The notes beneath the pieces were generated by a model. That model saw only the letters and a list, made by a program, of their open reading frames with translations, did no database searches and was not told the origin of the DNA. DNA of 32,000 bases, taken from positions 1,980,001 to 2,012,000 of the forward strand of contig NC_014833.1 of assembly GCF_000179635.2 (NCBI RefSeq). Direction: 5' to 3'. Positions within the stretch are counted from its first letter, which is position 1. Every line of letters starts with the position of its first letter. Both the position numbers and the translations under genes were made by a program. The stretch is from Ruminococcus albus 7 = DSM 20455. GTDB taxonomy: Bacteria > Bacillota > Clostridia > Oscillospirales > Ruminococcaceae. Positions 1 through 7,756 of the stretch are shown here, in pieces.

Positions 1-270
1 GTTTTCAAAAGTTGATCTGGTAAACTCATTCAGCCAGCGAATTATCGATCGCAACCCTATCTGAGTCAGCATAAGAATGACGGTAAGCAGTACATAGTAC
101 CTGAATGCCCCTTTATTATGAGCCGTGGCACTGTCAACTATGTTTCGTAAAAACAATGCGTACAGAACTCCGCTTGCTCCAAGCATCGCCTGTACCAGCA
201 TAAGTGCGAGAATATACAGCTTTTTATTTCCCGGTACAGAGTAAAGCCATTTTATCGCGTTATTAGTCAT
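1..270 (-). CDS. ABC transporter permease/ATP-binding protein, first 90 codons only (gene continues past the left edge)
   Basis: Not in the ORF track. The reverse complement of 1..270 is open from ATG 270..268: MTNNAIKWLYSVPGNKKLYILALMLVQAMLGASGVLYALFLRNIVDSATAHNKGAFRYYVLLTVILMLTQIGLRSIIRWLNEFTRSTFEN. The layout (helix, IVDS, helix) matches the N-terminus of an MsbA/MdlB-type exporter TMD. The ATG overlaps the upstream stop (ATGA at 267..270). There is no C39 peptidase domain at the N-terminus. Confidence 0.65.
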   Translation of the reverse strand, partial: MTNNAIKWLYSVPGNKKLYILALMLVQAMLGASGVLYALFLRNIVDSATAHNKGAFRYYVLLTVILMLTQIGLRSIIRWLNEFTRSTFEN

Positions 271-701
271 CTTTTCAGTTTTCTTTTCAGCCATTTCGGT
301 GTTCTCTTTGCTTTAAGGATAAAGGCGCGTACAGGGAAGAAATCACACCACAAATGTACATATATCCGATATCTGATATCTGTCATAGATATCTCTCTGC
401 CGTTGCGTACTACTGCTGTCAGCACACCGATGATATTACGATCTGTTATCCCGTATTCTTTTGAGTATCGGTTATCTCCGCAGATCACATAGTCATCACT
501 GCGTACTTTCAGTACCCTGTGAAGTACGTACTGTCCGCTGTCTCGCTTGTATAGCGGTACATCATACTTTTTCATCCTACCTTCTTTTTTCTCTATGATA
601 AGTATATCCCTGTCCTGTCGTATCAGCGGTTTCATACTGTCGCCAACATTGGTATAGACAAGTCTTCCATCTCGATCTATCACATCTTCAAATTTAATCA
701 T
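267..701 (-). CDS. S24/S26-family serine peptidase, SipW-like (ER/archaeal-type Ser/His) motifs
   Basis: 144-aa ORF. GDSMKP carries the nucleophile Ser motif and YVLHRVLKV resembles the HR box of S26B/SipW-type peptidases. There is no N-terminal TM helix. Start and stop overlap both neighbours by 4 nt. Confidence 0.65.
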   Translation of the reverse strand: MIKFEDVIDRDGRLVYTNVGDSMKPLIRQDRDILIIEKKEGRMKKYDVPLYKRDSGQYVLHRVLKVRSDDYVICGDNRYSKEYGITDRNIIGVLTAVVRNGREISMTDIRYRIYVHLWCDFFPVRAFILKAKRTPKWLKRKLKR

Positions 702-1426
702 TGCATACCCTCATAAGCTGTTTTAGCAGCTGATATATCCATGTTACAGCCAAGATTATACAGTCCGACCGAATCAGCAAGTTTGTCCACCAGATTTAGG
801 GTCTTCATCATTTTAACAGCATCATCAGGTCGGTGGACCTGCTGCATGAGTATCGTATAAGCCTGTCCTGTGGTTACAGGTATTATATGGTTGTCAGCTG
901 CTCTTGTCAGTATACAGATCGCTTTCAACGGAACTGAAATATTTTCTCCTAGTCGGTGTTTTCCGTTGTACGGTGTGCCAAACGCTGTCACACCTTTGTC
1001 AGAAATGTGAAGCAGAGGCTTATCGTCATTTACCATTACGGCACGATCGCCTAAATATTCTCTCCATAGCCTTGTATGAGTGGATTTACCAGTACCTGAC
1101 TTCGCTGTGAACAGGTATCCGACTCCGTCCACTGCAATAACAGAACCGTGAAAAAGTATAGTGTCATAGTTTATCAGTTCTTCCGCGATCTTGCGGTATA
1201 CAGCTAATTCTTCAAGATAACTGTCAGTGAAATGCCTAACGGGTAAACCCTCTATTTTGTCTTCTCTCTCAGACTTTTCCCGTTCAAAGTCAATATCTGA
1301 TCGTGTAGTTGTAATGGAATAGTCTGCAGGCTCGTCTGTCAGATAGTCTGCACAGTAATCGTGTACTTCTTTGTATATTGAATTTATCTCTGCAACTTTG
1401 TCTGCTATCTTATACCTATTTACCAT
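698..1426 (-). CDS. HPr kinase C-terminal-domain-like P-loop kinase (HprK-related kinase)
   Basis: 242-aa ORF with the Walker A-like motif FTAKSGTGKSTHTRLW. Size and context match the HprK-like kinases found next to PqqD-family proteins in RiPP clusters. Confidence 0.65.
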   Translation of the reverse strand: MVNRYKIADKVAEINSIYKEVHDYCADYLTDEPADYSITTTRSDIDFEREKSEREDKIEGLPVRHFTDSYLEELAVYRKIAEELINYDTILFHGSVIAVDGVGYLFTAKSGTGKSTHTRLWREYLGDRAVMVNDDKPLLHISDKGVTAFGTPYNGKHRLGENISVPLKAICILTRAADNHIIPVTTGQAYTILMQQVHRPDDAVKMMKTLNLVDKLADSVGLYNLGCNMDISAAKTAYEGMQ

Positions 1427-2519
1427 ACTTGTTCACAGCCTTTATGATATTTTTGAGATAGTTGCGTCGTATCACCAGGATCCTTCCCCAGCGGTATACG
1501 ATCCCGATAGGATAAAGAACAGGGCATTTGTTTACAAATTTTACCGAACGTTTCATATAATCGACATTCGGAAACATATTTCTTAGGATATAGCCCGACT
1601 TGGTCTGATCCTGCAGTGCCTTTTTCATAGTGTTATCAAAGTTTCCGTATGTGCCTGCTGTCAGGTAGTACATCAGCATTTTTTCTTCATTCTCGGATAA
1701 GTCGGGAAGGTTCTCGGATGAAAACACCTTATCGGCAAGTGTACGCCGTTCTTTTTCAAAATCTTCTATCTTAAGCTTTCTGCATTGTTCTGTTATGTAA
1801 TCAAAGTCAAGAGTATCACCCTTGCTTTTCAAGAAGACATAGCAATCCAGAAGCGAGCGTATACCCGTACCGCTGCTGTTATAGTGTTTCCATTCATGTG
1901 CAGTCATGTATACATAAAAATCTTCGTCAGAAAAATGATAACTGTACTCACATCCTTCATCTTTCAACAGCATACTCTTTGTGTCAGCGTAATAACTGTA
2001 AAGCGGTTCGGGGTGTGAAGTATCAAACAGAGAGGTGTGCAGTTCAAAGTTCAGCACCGGAGGCTTCTGGTATACATCGTGATTGCTTATGCCGTAATGT
2101 TCAGCAGTATATCCGTGTGAAAGCATGATCTTATAAGTCAGTTCCTGCTTATCTTTATCGAACAGTATATCATTGTCCGACATTTCACGCATACCGTTTT
2201 CCGGATATAGATCTTTTAATACCGCACCTTTAAGCGGCATATGCCAGATCCGGTTGTTTTCAAAATCAGAGAGGATAGAGATGCGTTCCATATCCAGATA
2301 GATATTCTTCCGTAAAGCCTTCTTGTATGCCTGATCAAATTTATTATCGACTACGCCGGCGCTTTTCAAGGCGATGTTTACTGCTGCACGTACAGTATGG
2401 TATTTTGCAAGCTGATAAAGTCTTTCAATATCAATGTCCTTTATTCTCACAGAGTCAGGTTCTATACCGTTTACAGCACAGTAAAGCAGATAAATGATGT
2501 CATTATAGTTTTGGTTCAT
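1416..2519 (-). CDS. Nucleotidyltransferase family protein (NTP_transf_5 / PF14907-like)
   Basis: 367-aa ORF. MPLKGAVLKDLYPENGMREMSDNDILF matches the family signature (KG..l...Y....R.msDiDiL). It overlaps the upstream gene by 4 nt and the downstream gene by 11 nt. Confidence 0.65.
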   Translation of the reverse strand: MNQNYNDIIYLLYCAVNGIEPDSVRIKDIDIERLYQLAKYHTVRAAVNIALKSAGVVDNKFDQAYKKALRKNIYLDMERISILSDFENNRIWHMPLKGAVLKDLYPENGMREMSDNDILFDKDKQELTYKIMLSHGYTAEHYGISNHDVYQKPPVLNFELHTSLFDTSHPEPLYSYYADTKSMLLKDEGCEYSYHFSDEDFYVYMTAHEWKHYNSSGTGIRSLLDCYVFLKSKGDTLDFDYITEQCRKLKIEDFEKERRTLADKVFSSENLPDLSENEEKMLMYYLTAGTYGNFDNTMKKALQDQTKSGYILRNMFPNVDYMKRSVKFVNKCPVLYPIGIVYRWGRILVIRRNYLKNIIKAVNKYGK

Positions 2520-2779
2520 TCGTTTATAGCACCTATCGATCGAAGTTTGCTGATAGTATTCGTAACATCACGCTCTACCGTCTTACGATCAGCATCCTTG
2601 TATTCAGCCAGGAGCTTATCTACTACAGCACTTTCAGTGATATCTGACTTAAGGCATTCGATAATGAATGCTGCTGTTTCATTGTTTTTAACGATACCTT
2701 TGAAACTGGTATTGCTTGTGCTGATCATATAGTGTTCACCCTTTGTTTCGTGGGTGAGAAATCTGGGATCTAATTTCAT
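2516..2779 (-). CDS. PqqD-family peptide chaperone (RiPP recognition element, RRE)
   Basis: The track ORF 2516..2824 starts at a TTG. The internal ATG at 2779..2777 (MKLDPRFLTHE...) is preceded by AAAGGA 7 nt upstream. NETAAFIIECLKSDITESAVVDKLLAEYKDADRKTVERDVTNTISKLRSIGAI is the typical PqqD/RRE pattern. Confidence 0.7.
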   Translation of the reverse strand: MKLDPRFLTHETKGEHYMISTSNTSFKGIVKNNETAAFIIECLKSDITESAVVDKLLAEYKDADRKTVERDVTNTISKLRSIGAINE

Positions 2780-2932
2780 AGATATATCCTTTCTATATTC
2801 AGTGGCTTTATGCGTGAAAAACAATTTCTTGTGTATACGATCATTAGTATCATTTGGGTGATAGAAAAAGTCTGTACATTTGAAATTGTGAACTTCTTAT
2901 TCATCAAAACACATATCTTAATTAATAAATTT

Positions 2933-2961
2933 ATATTAACACACATTAGTTAAATTGTCAA
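2933..2961 (-). promoter_or_regulatory. Sigma-A-type promoter of the PqqD/kinase/exporter operon
   Basis: The minus strand reads TTGACA (2961..2956), a 17-nt spacer, then TAATAT (2938..2933) with TG at the extended -10 position (TGtTAATAT). Confidence 0.55.
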
Positions 2962-3191
2962 GAGAATTTGAAGACCATTTATTATAGTTATCTATTTAGC
3001 GCACCTACTTAAACTCTTTATATCAAGGATAACCGCCACATATTAAAATATCAGATATTACACCAATTAATTTGGTGCATCAGAGGGATGATCGGATTAT
3101 TTATTAATTAAGAGATCTTCTGATTCAGTTTTTTGAATTTAATGATAATCTGTATGTTGCCAATAAACTGAAAGAAAAATATTTAATTTGC

Positions 3192-3220
3192 TGGACTTTT
3201 TTTTGTTTTTGTGTTATAAT
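3192..3220 (+). promoter_or_regulatory. Candidate promoter of the AI-2E transporter gene
   Basis: TGGACT, 17 nt, TATAAT (3215..3220), with extended -10 TG at 3212..3213. Confidence 0.45.
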
Positions 3221-3251
3221 AATAGTAAATATTTTTAAGAAAGGACAGACT

Positions 3252-4547
3252 ATGAAAATATATGCAAATAAAAAGTATCAGACGATCGCTGTATATGCTG
3301 CAGTCGTAATTGCTGTAAATGTACTGCTTGTTCTGGCACTTAATAATATTTCTGATATACTCGAAAGTATCTATAATTTTTTTAACGTTCTTCAGCCTGT
3401 GACATGGGGGTTGGTCATAGCATTTCTTACAAACCCTGTCATGGAGAGAACAAGCAAACTGTTGCAAAGGTTTAACAAATCTGAAGAAAAAAAGCCCGGA
3501 TTTTCAAAGCTTATAAAGGCAGTTTCTGTTATAATAACCGAGCTTTTGTTTCTCGGTATCGTCACAGGTATTGTTGCAATAGTTGTCCCGGAACTTATAA
3601 AATCAGTAATGGATATTTTTGACAATGCAGGTTCGATAGTTGAGAGCGTCCAGAAATGGATAAATAAAATATTCCGCAACTATCCTTCGCTTGAAAAGTC
3701 GGCGACAAAGTGGCTTTCAGATTTCAATACTGACGTCGGAACTATCTATGATAAACTTAAACCTATGCTTGAAAATATTCTTTCAGGTGCCTGGGGCATT
3801 GTTACTGTTGTTAAGAATTTCCTGCTCGGTTTTATAGTATCCGTATATATGCTTTGCAACAAGGAAAAACTTCTGGCTCAGATTAAGAAGATAATAATAT
3901 CCATGACAAGAAAGCGCACCTGCGAAAAGCTCATGTCTGCATTTGAACAGGCCAATACTGTTTTTTCAGGCTTTATAACAGGAAAGATAATTGATTCCAT
4001 TATTATAGGTCTGATATGCTTCATAGGCCTTACTATAATGAGTATGCCTTATGCGACTATGATAAGCGTAGTGATCGGAGTTACCAATATCATCCCATTT
4101 TTCGGTCCTCTGTTCGGTGCAGTCCCAACGGGACTTCTGATACTCCTTATCGCGCCCAAGAAGTGTATCATATTCATAATCTTCGTTGTGGTACTACAGC
4201 AGTTTGACGGTAATATCCTAGGCCCGAAGATACTAGGTGATTCTACGGGACTTCCCGGATTCTGGGTGCTGATCTCCCTGATATTGTTCGGCGGTCTGTT
4301 CGGCTTTGGAGGAATGGTGTTTGCTGTTCCGACTTCTGCACTAGCTTACAGCTTTATACGAGGTTCTGTGGAGAATAAGTTACGCAAGAAAAATCTTCCC
4401 GTCAGCACTGAGTATTATATGAATAATGTTGCACATCTTTATAAAAAACCGCCGGAACGCACTCCTCTTACAGCGGAAGAACTAATGCAGCTGGATATCC
4501 CTTCTATAGATGAAGTAAATGAGGTATCAGTTGCAAGTGAAGAATAA
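3252..4547 (+). CDS. AI-2E family transporter (PerM/YtvI-like permease)
   Basis: 431-aa polytopic membrane ORF. Typical family core: NIIPFFGPLFGAVP ... QQFDGNILGPKILGDSTGLPGFWVLISL. RBS AAAGGA lies upstream. Confidence 0.85.
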   Translation: MKIYANKKYQTIAVYAAVVIAVNVLLVLALNNISDILESIYNFFNVLQPVTWGLVIAFLTNPVMERTSKLLQRFNKSEEKKPGFSKLIKAVSVIITELLFLGIVTGIVAIVVPELIKSVMDIFDNAGSIVESVQKWINKIFRNYPSLEKSATKWLSDFNTDVGTIYDKLKPMLENILSGAWGIVTVVKNFLLGFIVSVYMLCNKEKLLAQIKKIIISMTRKRTCEKLMSAFEQANTVFSGFITGKIIDSIIIGLICFIGLTIMSMPYATMISVVIGVTNIIPFFGPLFGAVPTGLLILLIAPKKCIIFIIFVVVLQQFDGNILGPKILGDSTGLPGFWVLISLILFGGLFGFGGMVFAVPTSALAYSFIRGSVENKLRKKNLPVSTEYYMNNVAHLYKKPPERTPLTAEELMQLDIPSIDEVNEVSVASEE

Positions 4548-4564
4548 ATATAACAATTATAATT

Positions 4565-4602
4565 TGCTGCTGCCTATAAATGACAGCAGCATTTTTGTTT
4601 TT
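4565..4602 (+). terminator. Rho-independent terminator after the AI-2E gene
   Basis: Stem TGCTGCTG (4565..4572) pairs with CAGCAGCA (4584..4591), followed by TTTTTGTTTTT. Confidence 0.7.
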
Positions 4603-4606
4603 GTAG

Positions 4607-4634
4607 GTATATTTTTCCTCGTACCGCATATATA
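4607..4634 (+). promoter_or_regulatory. Candidate sigma-E-type (mother-cell) promoter of the spoIIIA operon
   Basis: GTATATT, 13 nt, CATATATA resembles the B. subtilis sigma-E consensus (kmATATT ... CATACA-T). It sits about 30 nt upstream of the spoIIIAA RBS. This is a match by eye only. Confidence 0.35.
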
Positions 4635-4665
4635 TTTATCAGGGACAAGCAAAGGAGTGACACTG

Positions 4666-5562
4666 ATGATTGTAAATACGGTATTGAAATGTGCATTGAA
4701 GCTTCTGCCTGTATATATCGCAGATATAATAAGTAAGCTTCCGCAAAGAGTACAGCTTAAGATCTGTGAGATACGGCTTCGGGCAGGAAGACCATTCACG
4801 ATAACTTTGTCAGATGGTACTTTTACACCTGATAATAATATATGTGTATCATCAAAAGATCTATTGACAGTTTGTTCGAGAGCCTTTGGATTTTCTATGC
4901 ATAGCAGTATCAGTCAGTTGTGCGAAGGTTATGCTGTTTATGAAAACGGATGCAGGATAGGAATATCAGGTACTGCTTGTGCAGATAACGGTAAGATCGT
5001 TAATGTTAAAAATATAACTTCGCTAAATATACGTATACCCCGTGAGATAAAGGGCTGCGCTGGAAGTATATTTGATCGTTTTATGTCAGCAGCGCCGCGT
5101 TCATTACTGATAGCAGGTTCGCCATCATCGGGCAAGACAACATTTCTTCGTGACTTAACAAGACTTTGCGGCCATCGGTACAGGACATCACTTATAGATG
5201 AGAGAGGTGAGATCGCGGCTTCTGTGGGCGGCATACCTGCGAATGATATTGGTATAATGACAGATGTATTTGACAGATATCCTCGTAAAGAAGCCGTACA
5301 GACAGCGGTCCGGGTTATGTCACCGCAGGTAATAGTATGTGATGAGATAGGTTCAGCGGAAGATATCACATCTCTTGAATATGCAGTAGATTCAGGTGCT
5401 GAGCTTATAGCTTCATGTCACTGCTCGGGCTTGTCGGATCTTATCCATAAACCGAATATTTCAAAGCTGGTTTCAGACGGTGTTTTTGATGGCGCAGTTT
5501 TTCTCAAAGATCACAGGATACATGAAGTACGAAATGCAGGTGAACTACAGTGCTTGGTATAG
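4666..5562 (+). CDS. spoIIIAA: Stage III sporulation protein AA (ATPase)
   Basis: Start refined to ATG 4666, with AAAGGAG 8 nt upstream; the track ORF start at 4519 would read through the upstream terminator. Walker A IAGSPSSGKTTFLRDL and Walker B VIVCDEIG are present. It is first in a conserved AA-AH gene order. Confidence 0.9.
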   Translation: MIVNTVLKCALKLLPVYIADIISKLPQRVQLKICEIRLRAGRPFTITLSDGTFTPDNNICVSSKDLLTVCSRAFGFSMHSSISQLCEGYAVYENGCRIGISGTACADNGKIVNVKNITSLNIRIPREIKGCAGSIFDRFMSAAPRSLLIAGSPSSGKTTFLRDLTRLCGHRYRTSLIDERGEIAASVGGIPANDIGIMTDVFDRYPRKEAVQTAVRVMSPQVIVCDEIGSAEDITSLEYAVDSGAELIASCHCSGLSDLIHKPNISKLVSDGVFDGAVFLKDHRIHEVRNAGELQCLV

Positions 5563-6023
5563 TAGGGTTTATACTGATTACGTCAGCAGGTGTCATAGTT
5601 GGTGAAAATGCTGTGCTTGGACTGAAAAAGCGTGAAAACGAGCTCAGGGAACTGAGCGGTCTTATGGCAAGGATCGACATATATCTAACTTCATGCTGTC
5701 TTGATACGACGGAACTGTTCGGGCGTATATCTTCCGAAGGCGGATGTTATGACCGTCTTTTTTCTTCGGTTGAAGAAGATATCACAGAATCCGTATCATA
5801 TCGGATAAGGACAAGCGGTCTTGAGATGTGTGATGTACTGGCAGATCATATTGCTAAATTCGGGTGTACTGATCTTGACGGTCAGCTTGCACAGAATGCT
5901 CTTATCAGGTGTGACGTTGATGCGGCTTTGGAGGATGCCTGTAAAAGGAGAATAAAATACACAGGTATCTACAGAGCAGTGGGAGTGTCAGCAGGGCTGA
6001 CCGCAGCTTTGTTGATGATTTAG
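5550..6023 (+). CDS. spoIIIAB: Stage III sporulation protein AB
   Basis: GTG start. MLGIVGFILITSAG resembles the B. subtilis SpoIIIAB N-terminus (MLKLLGAVFIV). There is a C-terminal TM helix and the operon position fits. Confidence 0.8.
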   Translation: MLGIVGFILITSAGVIVGENAVLGLKKRENELRELSGLMARIDIYLTSCCLDTTELFGRISSEGGCYDRLFSSVEEDITESVSYRIRTSGLEMCDVLADHIAKFGCTDLDGQLAQNALIRCDVDAALEDACKRRIKYTGIYRAVGVSAGLTAALLMI

Positions 6024-6032
6024 GTGAAAGCT

Positions 6033-6230
6033 ATGGATATTGATCTCATTTTCAAAATTGCTGCTGTTGGAATAATCGTTGCGGTTCTGAATCAGCTCCT
6101 TAAACGTGCTGAACGAGATGAACAGGCGATGATGACGACCCTGGCGGGACTTGTAGTTGTGCTTATGATGGTTGTCAGCAAGATAGGAGAGCTTTTTGAA
6201 ACTATCAAGAGAATTTTCGGGCTCGGATGA
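6033..6230 (+). CDS. spoIIIAC: Stage III sporulation protein AC
   Basis: ATG 6033 has AGGTGA 5 nt upstream. MDIDLIFKIAAVGIIVAVLNQLL aligns with B. subtilis SpoIIIAC (VDVNVIFQIAGVGIVVAFLH). The product is a 65-aa two-TM protein. Confidence 0.9.
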   Translation: MDIDLIFKIAAVGIIVAVLNQLLKRAERDEQAMMTTLAGLVVVLMMVVSKIGELFETIKRIFGLG

Positions 6231-6616
6231 TGGATATTGTTATTATCTGTGCATTTGCCATGTTTTCTGCAGTAATGTGCCTGTGGCTGAAAACTGATAC
6301 CCGTGAGATAAGATTTCTGCTTACAGCTGTATCCTGCATTGTTATCCTGCTAAAAACAGTAGATTCTCTCAGCGGTATCATAGCTGAGATCCGTTCGTTG
6401 TTTACTATAAGTGGTTTGGATCCTGAGTATCTTCGTATACTTCTGAAAGGTCTTGGAATATGTCATATCACTGGATTCACATCGGGTGTATGCCGTGACA
6501 GCGGAGAATCTGCCCTTGCCGAACAGACAGTGATTGCAGGAAAAACGGCACTTGTTCTGTTGGCTCTGCCTATGCTTGAGACGTTGATATGTTTTTTGAA
6601 GTCACTTCTTCAGTGA
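6227..6616 (+). CDS. spoIIIAD: Stage III sporulation protein AD
   Basis: 129-aa membrane protein. LKGLGICHITGFTSGVCRDSGESALAEQTVIAGKTALVLLALPML matches the SpoIIIAD core (KIIGIAYIAEFGAQLTKDAGQGAIASKIELAGKI). ATGA overlap with spoIIIAC. Confidence 0.9.
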   Translation: MMDIVIICAFAMFSAVMCLWLKTDTREIRFLLTAVSCIVILLKTVDSLSGIIAEIRSLFTISGLDPEYLRILLKGLGICHITGFTSGVCRDSGESALAEQTVIAGKTALVLLALPMLETLICFLKSLLQ

Positions 6617-6625
6617 GGTCAAATT

Positions 6626-7753
6626 ATGAAAAAGATCATTGTGTTTTCTGTTCTTATATGCTTCATGATATATTTTTGTCCTGTAGTCAGTGTTTCGGCT
6701 GCTTCTAAACGTCTTGACAGGTTGAGAGAGCAAGTAGATTACGAACTTAGTAGAGATCTTGACGACAGCACAGCTGAAGATATTTCAGAGCTTGGGATAT
6801 CTCCGTCAGATCCGGTCGGAATCGAAAAAATAGACATGAGACAATTTTTCAGATGGCTGCTGGATCGTTTTTTATCTTCTCTCAAAGCTCCCGTTATGAT
6901 GCTTGGGCGGATAATTGCTGTAACTATACTGTATTCTGCCGTAAGTTTTCTGGGATCTGAAAATTCGGATATCGAAAACACATACGGTACTGTATGCGTG
7001 ATCGTTGTGATAGCTGTAATGGCAGATGCGTTTTCTCCGAGCCTTGATATGTTGAAGGATTCATTAAGCTGTATAAACAGATTTATGATAACATATATCC
7101 CTGTATTTTCCGCAGTATCTACTGTAGGCGGAAATCCTGCTTCTGCAGGAGTATATACATCATCTACTCTGCTTTTATGTGAAGTGGCAGAGTATATAGC
7201 TTCTGTGGTGCTCATGCCTTTTTTGTCATCATTAACAGCTATGGCTGTCGTATCGGCTATAGATACTCGCATTAAAATATCGGGTGCAGCAGAAACCGTA
7301 CGAAGATTCACAGTATGGCTCTTGGCAGCTGTGATGATAGTATTTGTAGGTTTGCTGACCATACAGGGAGTGACCTGTGCTGCTGCAGATTCTGTGGCAG
7401 CAAGAACAATTCGTTTTACCGCTTCAAGTTTTATCCCTGTTATTGGCAGTTCGGTTTCAGATGCTTATCTGGCAGTCAAAAGCGGAGTCGGTGTTATAAG
7501 GTCCGCTGTAGGAGGCTTCGGTATGGCTGTGGTATTTGTTATTGCACTTCGTCCTTTCCTTATGATATTATCTATGCGTGTTACTTTATGGGCGGGAAGG
7601 ATAGCAAACGAGTTGCTCGGATTGAAAAGAACGGCGGAACTATACAGAACTCTGGATTCTGTTTTGTCTGTTGGTGTAAGTATACTTATAGCTATTACTT
7701 CATCATTCCTTGTAGCAACGGCAGCTGTTATGTCGTTTATGACAATGGGGTAA
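6626..7753 (+). CDS. spoIIIAE: Stage III sporulation protein AE
   Basis: 375 aa with a signal peptide plus a polytopic membrane domain. The size and operon position are those of SpoIIIAE. Confidence 0.88.
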   Translation: MKKIIVFSVLICFMIYFCPVVSVSAASKRLDRLREQVDYELSRDLDDSTAEDISELGISPSDPVGIEKIDMRQFFRWLLDRFLSSLKAPVMMLGRIIAVTILYSAVSFLGSENSDIENTYGTVCVIVVIAVMADAFSPSLDMLKDSLSCINRFMITYIPVFSAVSTVGGNPASAGVYTSSTLLLCEVAEYIASVVLMPFLSSLTAMAVVSAIDTRIKISGAAETVRRFTVWLLAAVMIVFVGLLTIQGVTCAAADSVAARTIRFTASSFIPVIGSSVSDAYLAVKSGVGVIRSAVGGFGMAVVFVIALRPFLMILSMRVTLWAGRIANELLGLKRTAELYRTLDSVLSVGVSILIAITSSFLVATAAVMSFMTMG

Positions 7754-7756
7754 AAA

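Noticed and set aside
2776-2904. 42-codon minus-strand ORF (MNKKFTISNVQTFSITQMILMIVYTRNCFSRIKPLNIERIYL) ending in an ATGA overlap with the PqqD-like gene, considered as the RiPP precursor
   Set aside because: It has no Shine-Dalgarno sequence and no leader-like motif. The sequence is AT-rich and hydrophobic, as expected by chance in this spacer. Only the position is suggestive.
3183-3467. 94-aa minus-strand ORF across the AI-2E promoter and start region
   Set aside because: It overlaps the well-supported transporter gene and its promoter, and its AT-rich, low-complexity product has no RBS.
4519-4665. N-terminal extension of the spoIIIAA ORF (track start 4519); similar upstream extensions exist at 8755, 17472, 19071, 27083 and 28405
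   Set aside because: The extension would overlap the AI-2E gene end and read through its terminator hairpin. In each listed case an internal ATG with a strong RBS gives the expected protein N-terminus.
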